Part shown: piece by piece, positions 23,947 to 34,163 of the stretch | Numbering within the stretch: the stretch's first letter is position 1 | How the letters are laid out: every line of letters starts with the position of its first letter | Notes under the pieces: model-generated | The model's database searches: none | What the model saw: the letters and a program-made list of their open reading frames with translations, nothing else | What the model was told of the DNA's origin: nothing | Origin: Eutreptiella sp. 'Long Island Sound 2002' | Lineage: Eukaryota > Protista > Euglenida | DNA: 64,000 nt | Assembly (NCBI GenBank): GCA_964036045.1 | Contig: OZ038378.1 | Span: 4,402,001-4,466,000 of the forward strand | Direction of reading: 5' to 3' | Made by a program: the position numbers and the translations under genes

Positions 23947-26296
23947 TGGACGGCTGGAAACCAAAGTTTCACAAGAAACTTCTGTTTTGACCCTTGCTCA
24001 GAGCTTTTCTGTTTTTAAGCATGGAAGGGCAGTACACGATTGTCGGATGAATATGACTTGTAGAGCAGTGCAGTGCTGTGCCAGGGGTGCGAAACAAAAC
24101 ACCAGGCTCCCATGCTGGGGATAGGGACATGGGTGTAGCATTGCGACTGGAGTGCCTCAGGGCGATATCTTGTGGCGAACCTCCCTTGGAAATATGGCAC
24201 TTTGGCACCTCACGTTGGGTGCAAGCACGGGTCTATCTATGCAAATTGCCTGCTTGAATTTTGCTGTCCTGACTTTCAGCGTCTTGCACAAAGGGGGGGG
24301 GGCAAGTGTTGCTGTTCTCCTTGGGGTTTATTTGAAGAGGCCAATTACCTCAGGCTATTTTGGCTTGCTTCCCGTTATGCTTCCTGTCCTGATCCAGCCT
24401 GACTGCTTGGCCCCAAGGAGCCATGGAATTAGCGTGTACACTTGGGGGGCGCACCGTGTGCTGTGCGCGCGCTGTGCGAAAAGTCGGCTGTTTTTCACCA
24501 CCGGTAGCCACAGGTCCCAGGGTCCTCAATTCTGCACCCTACAGCCCATGCTGCCCATGCTGGTACACCAAGGATTTTTGGTTTTCGTCTGGTGCTTGCC
24601 ACGGGTCCCAGGGTGCTGAACTGTGCACACCCCCAATGCCGTTTTGAATGGATCATGCACGCTCCGGTAGGTGGGTGGTTTTCAGGGGTGCTTCCGGGAT
24701 AAACAATGTAATAATTGGTGCTGTGCGGAAACTCCCCCTTGGGCCAACATCCACACCGTCCACATTGTCTGAGGTGATGCACAAAGATCAAGAAGTGAAG
24801 AAAACCGTGTCTTTCAACACCTTTGACCAACCACCTTTTGTTGCATACCGGTGGATTTTTAATGCACCCAAGTCCTGCCAACACCCTATCCCCACCTCCC
24901 CTGCACTCATCTAAGGGGGGAGTATTAGCGCGCCGGGCACGCACTAGGCATCTTTTTTTGACCATTCCCCACCCGTGTTTGTCTTTGCCCCCACCCCACC
25001 AAACAAAGAATGTGGCCCGTCGTTTGCACCCAGTTTATGACGATGGCAAGGGTGGTGGTTAGAAGTGGTGGGAGTGACATTTTGTGTTGTTGAATTCTCA
25101 TATTTCGGCTTATGCAAGGTGCATTGCGCGGAAGGTTTCTGGTCTACTCGGGGGACTTCCCAAGGTGAGGATAAACTTGGCGCTAGAGATAAGATACTTA
25201 ATACAAAGGTAGCGCGCCGGGCATGTGCCGGGCGTGCGCGGGGCAAACATTCCCCCAAGGTCTCATCACCATGTCAAGCCTGATTAGTGTAGCCTCGTCC
25301 CCAACGCCAAACCTCTACTCCCTACCCCTCCCCCTAGCCAACCGGTCGTCGCATGATGACGGGATGGGATGGGGGGACCTCTCGGAGTTGTTGGAGTTTG
25401 GTGTCCACCCTCCATCCCCTTGGGACTCGGACGATGAGAAGTGGCTCGGTGCATTGGCCTTGCCCCAGCCCCCAATGTTAACTCCACCCTCCTCCCCACC
25501 ACCATCGATTCCAACTTGCACACCACCCCTTGCAACACAAGTAGGACCAATTCCACCCCCCTAAGCTCGTCACTGGCTTCCCAAATCCACCCCAACCCAA
25601 ACTCCCCTCGACTGCATATGAGGTGGCCTTGGGTGCCCTGCAAGAGGCAAGAGGCACTCGTGTCTCCCGTAGTACCATCACCACCCCCTCCGCGACCACC
25701 CAAGTTCGTGCCCAAAGATCCCCCAAGCCCCCGCAAGCCCGCAGTCCATGGTCCTTACAATGCCAAAACACTACAAATGATTCGGGACAACCATGGGAGG
25801 CGGGTGAAATACTTTGTAGACGAGGTATCGAACTGCTGTGCCATGTCCCCATGAGGGGGGCTAGTTTGATTGTGATAGAACACGGCGTTACAAAAACTTC
25901 TAAATAAGCGTTTCAATTTAAAATCACTAACCAATGCTCAAATTAGGGTGTCATTTGACCCATCAAAACATGACACATCTGTAGAATCACATTATACCCC
26001 CCCCCCCCCATACCAATACCAATCGAACCTGATATGGATGTGCTGCAGTGCAGCAGAACAATGCACTGATTGTGGTAATGACCATGCGCCTGTGACACGG
26101 GGGCGTATGCGAGCCCAGTATCCGTTGCATCATGGCCCCATGCCAATAGGTGACCTGCCGAGACTTTGCTTTAAATACTTTACTGAACAAACAGTGCTGC
26201 AGTGCAGCAGGACAATGTTGTTGGCGATGACCTATGACCTGTGTCACGGGGGTCATATGGTAGCTGAGTATCCGTTGCTTCACACCCCATGCCAAT

Positions 26297-26770
26297 GGAC
26301 CCCCCCTCTCGAAAGAAGAAACATGGCCCCCCTTGCCAATGGACCCCTCCTCTCGAAAGAAGAAACATGCCCCCCCCCCTCAGATTTTTTCACCAAATCG
26401 CACATGAATTGCCCTTTTTTGCTTAGGTCCTGAGTGTGACATTGTGTGTCTCATGCCTAATTCTCCGCCTTGCTTTGCTCTCACAGGATTTGACTATTGT
26501 TGTGCCCCAAAGCAGATACAGGGGCTAGTTCGGGTCTTTTGATTGTTGCAGTCCTGAATACACAGATACAGACGCAAACACAACACAGACACAACACAGA
26601 CAGATAGACAGACAGACAGATAGACAGACAGACAGACACTTATTTGCACTAATTGCTTCACGGGAAGGGGTATACTGCTTGCGTGTCAATGGACCCCCCC
26701 CTTCGAAAGAAGAAACATGGCCCCCCTTGCCAATGGACCCCCCCTCTCGAAAGAAGAAACATGGCCCGGG
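26297..26770. repeat. Two pairs of a ~42-bp tandem unit (atggacccccctctcgaaagaagaaacatggccccccttgcca) at ~26297-26380 and ~26690-26770, separated by a (GACA)n tract
   Basis: Directly visible. Confidence 0.75.
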
Positions 26771-27045
26771 CCATTGACAGGGGGGCGGGGTGGTAGGCAC
26801 TTGGAGATCTGCGCCCCCCCCCCCCCTTGGAATGTCGCAGTCCAACCCCCCCGCCCCCCACCCCTGTTGATCCTCGGCGATGATTTTTCCCGCAAACCCT
26901 TGGTGCTTGTGCTGCCGGCATGCGAAACGGCCCCGAACCCCCTACCCGTCCCTCCCCGTTTGACCTCACTTGGCCAAGTAGAGCCAGCGAAAGCACGGTG
27001 AGTAGGAATGCAGTCAGCCAATGGGCGCCCGACCTGTAGTGTACG

Positions 27046-27543
27046 ATGCAAACACCAGGGTTGATCAAAACAGGCCAAAAGGTAGACGACAATGGTTTAG
27101 TGGACACCAAAGTGTACCTTATTGTGATCTCGAACCAACTGCCGAACATTGCCGCATATGCACCGGGATGTGTATGCGTGGAGCGCTTTGTGACCTGCTT
27201 GCGGCCCCCTGCCCCGGATTGTGAGGAGACCGATGACCGCAAGCGGTTTGCTCTGTTCCAAAGGAGCCATGGAATTTGCCCACACGAAAAGGCCGCTAGG
27301 CCCGGCATATGGATCGCCATTTCGGTGGACGGCCCAGAAGGAAACCTACCAATATTGTTGGCTAGGCCCCAATATTCAGTGCACTATACCCGGCAATTTT
27401 CAAACCTTGCCTGCCAATACTACCATCAATATGGTGAGCTTAAGTACCCTACCTTCCTCGGCTATCTAGCTGCATGTGTGGCGAAAATGGAGGATGTCTT
27501 GCTCTCTGTTGCCCCGAAGCAGGATCGTAAAGTGTTGACCTAG
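27046..27543 (+). CDS. Unassigned 165-aa ORF (possible exon or element-borne gene fragment)
   Basis: Complex, protein-like composition (GIWIAISVDGPEGNLPILLARPQY...YPTFLGYLAAC); cctgtag acceptor-like site at ~27040; no recognisable family. Confidence 0.3.
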   Translation: MQTPGLIKTGQKVDDNGLVDTKVYLIVISNQLPNIAAYAPGCVCVERFVTCLRPPAPDCEETDDRKRFALFQRSHGICPHEKAARPGIWIAISVDGPEGNLPILLARPQYSVHYTRQFSNLACQYYHQYGELKYPTFLGYLAACVAKMEDVLLSVAPKQDRKVLT

Positions 27544-28684
27544 CCCTTCATGCGGCTGCATGGCCCCCTATCGAGAAAGATACGAGAAGATTTGATTGTG
27601 CCACGGCACCTGAAACCCAATGGATTGGCGCCATGAACAATCATTCTAGGGTGAATGACCTTTTGCGGTGGAGAAAGGTGATGCAGTGGTTTACGGGAAA
27701 AGGGCGGGTGTATTTTATGGAGCCAGCCATGGAATTCCCTAATGAAGGATAACTGTCGGCGTTTGGAGGGTTTCTAGCGGCGGTTGAAGGGTTACGAAGG
27801 GTAATTCAATTGCAAACAACGGCGGTTGAGGGGGTAACTGACAGTGGTTGATGGTTTGACCAACTTTGGTTTGAGGGTAATCGACCGGTGTACCTTGAGT
27901 TGCCTATGAGTGAATTGCCAACCAGAATCTGGCAGCACGTTACCCGGTACTCACCTACAACCCTACAACCCTGAGGCAACAGAGCAAGACAACCTTGAGG
28001 CAACAAAACAAGCGTTTGTCGGCTTCCGCTTGTGCTCAGTGCCTACCTGCTAACAGGTTCATGCGGTGCATCAGGTTTCAAGTGTATTATTTCAGAGCAT
28101 GTGTGTACATTGCAGGCTGTATCATAACGACTGTATGTAGCATAGCAGTTGATTGCTGATTGACACTTGGAACATTCGCTGGAATTGCCTCGGCGGGGGC
28201 ATCCAGTATCTGTGACCGACCATGATTGAGCTAAGCATGGCCGTCTATGGTGCATTTATGCAGCACTTGGATTGTTGTGTTTGCCTGTTGCTGGTGATGG
28301 CAACATGGCCCTGAAATGGTGTGCTGGATGGGACAAAACAGAAGGGGGGTTTGTGATATCAAAGTTTTTGGTGTAATACCATGTGAGTGCTGGGACTGTG
28401 TGGATAGCAAACATGTGGATGCGTCCCAGTGGCAATTTGACTGTAGTTGTGGTTGGCAATGGTCACGGCCATATCAGCATGTTCAATCACGATGGGATGT
28501 TGCAGATATTCCCACAATCCATAGCGAGGCACAATATTGTATGAATGGATCACGTTTGATGGTCTCATCGGCATCCACACACCATATGGTACAAATGTTG
28601 CATGAGCCATAGTTGCATGAGAATTGTCGCAATGGTTCCGAACGAAGATTCGTCACCCAAAGCCTACAACTTCTTGGAAGATGT

Positions 28685-28968
28685 TTACTCATGGACCATG
28701 AGCACACCATTACTCATGGGGGCCATGAGCACACCATTACTCATGGGCCATGAGCACATGGGCCACGAGCAAACCCTTACTCATGGGCCATACGCACACC
28801 ATTACTCATGGTCCATGAGCGCAATCTTACTCATGGGCCATGTGTACACCCTTACTCATGGCGCATGAGCACACCCTTACTCATATGCCATTAGCACCCC
28901 CTTACTCATGGGCCATGAGCACCCCCTTACTCATGGGCCATGAGCACACTCTTCCTCATGGGCCATGA
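28685..28968. repeat. 25-bp minisatellite (ttaCTCATGggcCATGAGcacaccc), ~11 units; resumes at 35025-35105 (~3 units)
   Basis: Same unit on both sides of the YR retroelement; each unit contains a 15-bp quasi-palindrome. Confidence 0.9.
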
Positions 28969-29084
28969 AAACTAAAGTTTATGCAGTAAACTTGAGTTTA
29001 AATTGGGCAAGGGGGTGGGAGGAGGGCACCTTGTGAACACTCGCCTAGTGTTTGTTTGTTTTGTGGTGTGCCGTCGTCCTGACC

Positions 29085-30101
29085 ATGCCTAAGTCTGAGA
29101 ACCAGCCAATCAGCTTTGAGGATTACATTGAGCAGGGCCAGCATAATCTGGCCACGCAGCTGCTAAACGCGTCTACGCTTCAGCAAGACACGGACAGACT
29201 CGTGACGGCGGCAAAGACAGCCGGAGTCGATACCGTTGAACTGGCAGATCGGCTGAGACAGAAGTATGGACTGAAGGGATCCATGGAGGGCATCTACGAG
29301 CAAGTCGTGGCCTTCGGGACCCTCCACAAGCGGACCTTCAACTGGAACGACTGCACATTCTACATGTCAGCACAGCATGCCCAAGTGATTGCAGGGAACG
29401 GGACCCCGGAGAAGAACCCCGCGGACGTGGTTTCAATTGAGGGCAGCTCCAGTGCCAGCGGGTCGCCAAACGACAAAGGGGTGCACGCGGACATCGAGAA
29501 AATGCGCCAAGAAATGGAGGACATGAAGCTCTTGATGGGGCAACAACTAAAAACGATACAAGAGCTCCGAGCGTCCAAGGCAGTGCCGCAGCTGCGGCAG
29601 GTGATTTTCGTACTGGAGGCGGGACAGGAGATGGAGGCCAACGAAGCGAAACCTGCCTGGGCGAGGGCGATGGCAGGGGCAATGGCAGGCTGGGCGGCGG
29701 AGAATCTGCAAAGCATGCTGGAGTCTAAGTACGAGGCAGGCATGAAGGCCCTGTCCGAAGTGTGGTCCCACCTGCTATTCGAGGTCGAAAAGGAAGAAGT
29801 CAAGGCGCAGCTGGAGGCTCGAGCCGCAGACGGAGCAAACGAGGCCAGGGGCTCGGAGAAGGCGAACCTCAAGGAGGAGGGAGCGAAGACCAGGCCGAAG
29901 ACGGGAAAATCGGCTCCGCAGCACGTGCAGGACAGACGGAGGGAGCGAGTGAAAGACCGCTTCACCAACATGGGAACACCCGAGGAGACGTACGAGTCCA
30001 AAGGCGGCAAGGTGCTCAAAACATGGAAGCCCCCGCGATATTCCTGCGACGTGTGCCGAGTCAAGCACTGGTGGTTCCAGTGCCCAGTCGAGAGCGACTG
30101 A
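29085..30101 (+). CDS. gag-like ORF with C-terminal zinc knuckle
   Basis: MPKSENQ...; coiled-coil-like middle region; YSCDVCRVKHWWFQC = CX2CX3HX4C; begins just after repeat A1. Confidence 0.8.
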   Translation: MPKSENQPISFEDYIEQGQHNLATQLLNASTLQQDTDRLVTAAKTAGVDTVELADRLRQKYGLKGSMEGIYEQVVAFGTLHKRTFNWNDCTFYMSAQHAQVIAGNGTPEKNPADVVSIEGSSSASGSPNDKGVHADIEKMRQEMEDMKLLMGQQLKTIQELRASKAVPQLRQVIFVLEAGQEMEANEAKPAWARAMAGAMAGWAAENLQSMLESKYEAGMKALSEVWSHLLFEVEKEEVKAQLEARAADGANEARGSEKANLKEEGAKTRPKTGKSAPQHVQDRRRERVKDRFTNMGTPEETYESKGGKVLKTWKPPRYSCDVCRVKHWWFQCPVESD

Positions 30102-31688
30102 ATGGAAGGGGGCCCCCGTCGCCTCGGGGCCCAACGGGGCGGCGGGCGTAGGGGGGCAGCAAGTGCCCGTGGAGGGGACAGTTGGGGGTTGGCCCTCAAG
30201 AAGATGGAGCGACTACGCACGCCAGACGCTCTGCACAGTTGGCAGACGTTTGTCGTGCTGGGATGGGAAGAATCATCATTGGGGACATACCAGTGTCACC
30301 TGCGCAGGCTGGCGGCGGTCGAGCGGCAGTTCCCACGTGATGCCAAGGAGCGGGTCCTGGAGCAGACCATACTGGAGTGCGCCCGATTGGGGAAGTCGGA
30401 GAGCACAATCAAGGGGATCATCAGCGCGGCCATTATGGCGACAGAAGTGCGGCTGGTTGACGCGTGCATCCCGGCCACCATCTGGAGATCCGTCAAGGCG
30501 GCGAAGAAGACAAGGAACGCGGCAAAAGAGCGTATCTGGGGATCCCCGATCATGCTGCTACACATGGCGGCAAGGACCAGCAGCCTGGAGGACTGGGCAG
30601 TGGTCGGGCTGGCCATCGTCTCGTTCCACCTCTTCCTGCACGTCGGAGAGGCAGTCACCCTACAACCTTGGGCGGTCGTGGATGACGCGGTGCGGTTCTT
30701 CGACTCCAAGACGAGGCAAGACTGGCAACAGAGGTCCCTCACGGCGCTTACAAGGGAGTGGCTGCAGTGGCTCCAGCGACACTTCCCAGAGCCGGCGGCG
30801 GAAGGAAGAAGACCGTGGACGACACAACAGCTGGAAAAGGGCATGCAACGCCTCCTCATCGGATCCCCGTTTGAGGGTGCCCGCTGGCACGCGTGGCGCA
30901 GAGCCGGGGCTCGGGCTATGTGGACGGCTGGGGCCACAATTCGGCAGATCGCCGTGTGGGGCCGCTGGGCGCGTGACTCCACCGCGCGGTGGTACGCGCA
31001 TCCGACCGAAACGCAGCCCGTGCAAGCGGAGGATTTCTGGCCGCGGCCCCCCGAGAGGGAGCTGCAGGCAGGTGGCGCAGCCGCACGACGACCCTACGAC
31101 TCGAGCAGCTCTGGCCGTCTGGGATACGACAGCAGTGGAAGCAAAGAAAGGAACATGTGGCCTTTGGGCCCTCAAGGACCATGCCCGGGGCCGACAGGCA
31201 CGCTGGGAATTCGGCGGCGGCCCGGGGCGGGGCGGGGAGCAAACTGCGACCGAAGGGACAGCTCGCCAAGCACAGGCAGGCACCCGGCAACGGGGGCGGC
31301 AGTTCGACAGGGGCGCGACAAGTTCGGGACGGTGGGCAGCAAGTGCCGGCCTCCTCGACCGAGTCGGCTTCGTCCGACTGCCGACCCACAGAGGAAGCCC
31401 CCACCCCCTTGCGCCTGGTCCCTAAGTTCAAAAGAGTGCGCGCTGAGGAAGCCGGAGCACAGGGCGAGTTCAAGCGAGTACGGAGAGCCACCGGCAGCGT
31501 GTCCTACTCGTCTTACTCCTCCACCACTTAGTGGAGAGCCGTGGCTGTGCATGGGCGGGTTTGGCGCTTTGTTGGCGGTGCTGGTGCGACTGGTTTCGCG
31601 GGTGCGGTGGGTTGCGGTGGTATGCGCGTCGTGCGTGGCCTGCGTGTGTCGTGTCGTTGTGCGAGGCCATGGTCATGGAAGGGCTTAG
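30102..31688 (+). CDS. Tyrosine recombinase ORF (domain ~30200-31010; first catalytic Arg appears as His)
   Basis: FL(H)VGE, DSKT, HAWRR (HxxR), GRW and ARWY follow the R-K-HxxR-W-Y catalytic order. The 3' part is low-complexity and may be frameshifted. Confidence 0.88.
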   Translation: MEGGPRRLGAQRGGGRRGAASARGGDSWGLALKKMERLRTPDALHSWQTFVVLGWEESSLGTYQCHLRRLAAVERQFPRDAKERVLEQTILECARLGKSESTIKGIISAAIMATEVRLVDACIPATIWRSVKAAKKTRNAAKERIWGSPIMLLHMAARTSSLEDWAVVGLAIVSFHLFLHVGEAVTLQPWAVVDDAVRFFDSKTRQDWQQRSLTALTREWLQWLQRHFPEPAAEGRRPWTTQQLEKGMQRLLIGSPFEGARWHAWRRAGARAMWTAGATIRQIAVWGRWARDSTARWYAHPTETQPVQAEDFWPRPPERELQAGGAAARRPYDSSSSGRLGYDSSGSKERNMWPLGPQGPCPGPTGTLGIRRRPGAGRGANCDRRDSSPSTGRHPATGAAVRQGRDKFGTVGSKCRPPRPSRLRPTADPQRKPPPPCAWSLSSKECALRKPEHRASSSEYGEPPAACPTRLTPPPLSGEPWLCMGGFGALLAVLVRLVSRVRWVAVVCASCVACVCRVVVRGHGHGRA

Positions 31689-32461
31689 GGAATTGCTGGA
31701 CGGCATTTACCCCGCCGTGCCGGAGGGTGAGGTGACTCCTGAGATTGCACAAAAAGGGATAGGATCCGTGGGTGCGGTTCCGCTGCCGGAGTGGCTATGG
31801 CAGATATATGTCAGTCCGCGACAGGAGTTTTTGCTGTCGTCGGCGGAGGAGGTGCGGAAGGTGCGGGGGGGCCACGGCTGACATGCTCAGCGCCATTGCA
31901 AGGACGGGGGCACTACAGCAACTGTCGAGGCAGGAGGCGGATGCCTTGGGCATTCTGTGGTCGCCTACGGCGGCTGCCTTCACCATCCCCAAGAATGAGA
32001 CCAAGGCGCGGCTTATCCTGCACGGGGTGCGCGCCAACCAGAGGCAGTGGGAGGGCGGGTACAAGGTGCCGCGTGTCAGCCTGCCTCAAGTGGAGTCTTT
32101 AGCGGAGGCTTTTTCGCAAGGGCTGCGTGGCTGGGGGGCCAACATTGACGTCACAAATTGTTACTGGTCCATACTGCTGCCTGAGGGGAAGAGCCACCTG
32201 TTTCGTGTGGGGGGGGAGGAGTGCATGTGGGTTTTTAAGACGCTGCCGTTTGGTTGGAGTTACAGTCCACTACTGTGTCAGCGACTGCTGGCACAGTTGA
32301 CGGGGAAGGTGGGGCTGGAGGTGGTAGGGGCGGTGCTGCGGCTCATGCACTACCTGGATGATTTTCTGGTGTTCGGCGACTCCGAGGCTGCCGTAGCTAC
32401 AAAGCTGGCAGCGTTCAAGGAAGTTCTGGCAAACGCTGGCTTCCTCATCAGTGACAAGTCG
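31669..32461 (+). pseudogene. Reverse transcriptase domain (pol; frameshift near the G-run at ~31866-31875)
   Basis: AFTIPKNETKARLI, IDVTNCYWSI, LPFGWSYSP and HYLDDFLVFG are DIRS-order RT motifs. Putative N-terminus MVMEGLRE...VSPRQE is in another frame. Confidence 0.9.
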
Positions 32462-32677
32462 CATCCATGTTAGCAGTGGCTTGTCGTCCCTCAAATCCTC
32501 ACTCAACTGGAACACCTCTCTCCTGAATACATCCAACGCCCTGTACGCGCGTCCCTGTTCCACACCCCACTTTTGCGCAAAAAGCAGCGAAAGCTGATAC
32601 ATGGTCTCTCGGAACCTGGCCTTGGAGGGCCGCTCCGCCCCAAAGGTAGCATCAGACGTTAACCTCGCCCCGACGTC
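32462..32677 (-). other. ~215-bp insertion in pol whose minus strand is an uninterrupted coding-like frame
   Basis: Removing about 214-217 nt restores ...ISDKS-(S)SQPERELVFLGK. Minus strand reads LDVGARLTSDATFGAERPSKARFRETMYQLSLLFAQKWGVEQGRAYRALDVFRREVFQLSEDLRDDKPLLTWM with no stop. Confidence 0.65.
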
Positions 32678-33506
32678 CAGTCAGCCGGAGAGGGAGCTAG
32701 TCTTTTTGGGCAAGCATGTCGACTTTGGGCGGGGGGTCATTCTGAACACCAGGCACACGTTGGAAGATGCCCTGAGTAGGTACGTGCTGATGGCATCCAG
32801 GCCGGTTACGCGAAAGTCCGTACAGCGGGTGGTGGGGAAGTTGATCTGGGCATGCAGACCGTCGCATTGGTCGAACCTATTTCTGGCGGGGCCCATTGCG
32901 CACGTGCAGTGGGGCGCAAAATGGATGCCGCGCCCGCCCACGAACCTTCTGCGGTCGCTGTCGGGTGCGTTGTGGTTTGCGGGAAGGGGCTGGTGGATGC
33001 CTACGTCACCCCCCCCGCCCCCAAAGGGGCTGTGCCCGCAGGTGTACTCAGACGCGGCGCGGGACGGAAATAGTGGCAGGCTGGGTATGTGCTCATCGGC
33101 GGGAGCACACCACTCCCTGCGTGTGCCGCTGCAGAACCAGCAAGTGCTGGAATTTCAAGGGGCGGCGGCGGCCGTAAAACCGGTGGTGGGACGAAAACTC
33201 CCGTGGGCTACGCTGCATCTGGACAACCAAGGGGTGCTCTGGGGACTGAGAACGGGGAAAGTGGGAATTGGGTTGCGGGAGCAGCGTTGGTGTGTCCGAC
33301 AAGTAATGTATGCTCTGGCAAAGGGGGGGACTTCGGTACACCTTTTGTATGTACCCGGGGCAATCATGCCGGCGGACTACCTGTCTCGGGTCCGCAGCAA
33401 TTTTTTTGGTGACAAGAGCATGGCACTGGGGTCTGCCTTCGACCAAATGGCAGATTTGTTACCTGTTTGCGCTCAGACAGAATGTTGGGGCGTCTTGCGG
33501 TTCTGA
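32678..33506 (+). pseudogene. RT thumb plus DIRS-type RNase H domain (pol, 3' part)
   Basis: LVFLGK; YSDA, NQQVLE, LDNQ and PADYLSR supply the D-E-D-D residues. Confidence 0.88.
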
Positions 33507-34163
33507 TTGCGGGCCGTGAGTCTGCGCAACTGTTGTGAGCCTGCGGTGGGTGTGCGTGAGCGTCGTGCGTGGGCCCGGCAGCAAGTGCTTGGGCTGTTGA
33601 GGGGAGTGTTGTGCAGTGCTCGTGGCAGAATTTGTTTTGCGGCACCACGTGCACTACACATGCCACGAGCCGGCGGCGCACAGCGCGATGCGGCGCAGGT
33701 GGCGGCAAAGCGGGGGCGAAGAGACGATAGACTGGTGGCGGCTCACAGGTTTGAAGAAGTATGCGAGGTGGCGAGCGTGTCATATCGAACGTGGACGGTC
33801 ACACCAGAGCTGGCGAAAAGCAAGCGCTTTCCGGTCGTGATGCGATTATGCAGACGTGTAGAGGCAACATGGCAGCGCGAGACGCTACGCAAGGTCGAGG
33901 GAAAGCCACAGGGAACGCACTCCATGGAACGAGCTGTCTTCATCCCACAGTGGACCGGGGCGACACACGGCGTACGAGTCTCCGTAGCGGTGGAAAAGCT
34001 GAAACACGGGCCACGACTGCCGCCGGGGACGCAAAGGCTTTGGGCCGCCGGCTCGCCGGCTATGGTGCGGGCGGTGGCCGCGGTGATGCGGGAAGTGCAG
34101 CAAGAGGGGGGTGGGCCCGGAGAGGCGGCAAGCGCAAGTGGAGATGTGGGCCAGCCTCAGTAA
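33507..34163 (+). CDS. Possible fourth ORF of the retroelement (218 codons, unknown function)
   Basis: Open frame directly after the pol stop and ending just before B1; first ATG at ~33660. The region is GC-rich, so a chance ORF is possible. Confidence 0.35.
   Translation: MRAVSLRNCCEPAVGVRERRAWARQQVLGLLRGVLCSARGRICFAAPRALHMPRAGGAQRDAAQVAAKRGRRDDRLVAAHRFEEVCEVASVSYRTWTVTPELAKSKRFPVVMRLCRRVEATWQRETLRKVEGKPQGTHSMERAVFIPQWTGATHGVRVSVAVEKLKHGPRLPPGTQRLWAAGSPAMVRAVAAVMREVQQEGGGPGEAASASGDVGQPQ

Noticed and set aside
28685-28968. CRISPR-like look of the palindromic 25-bp array
   Set aside because: Units are head-to-tail with no unique spacers, there are no cas genes, and the context is eukaryotic; it is a minisatellite.
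29360-31552. Several long overlapping ORFs on both strands within the retroelement
   Set aside because: Expected from high GC; only the gag and YR frames carry recognisable motifs.
32462-32677. Euglenid non-conventional intron as the explanation for the pol insertion
   Set aside because: I could not find the CAG near the 5' end pairing with CTG near the 3' end, or end-to-end pairing. All host introns I could define are GT-AG.
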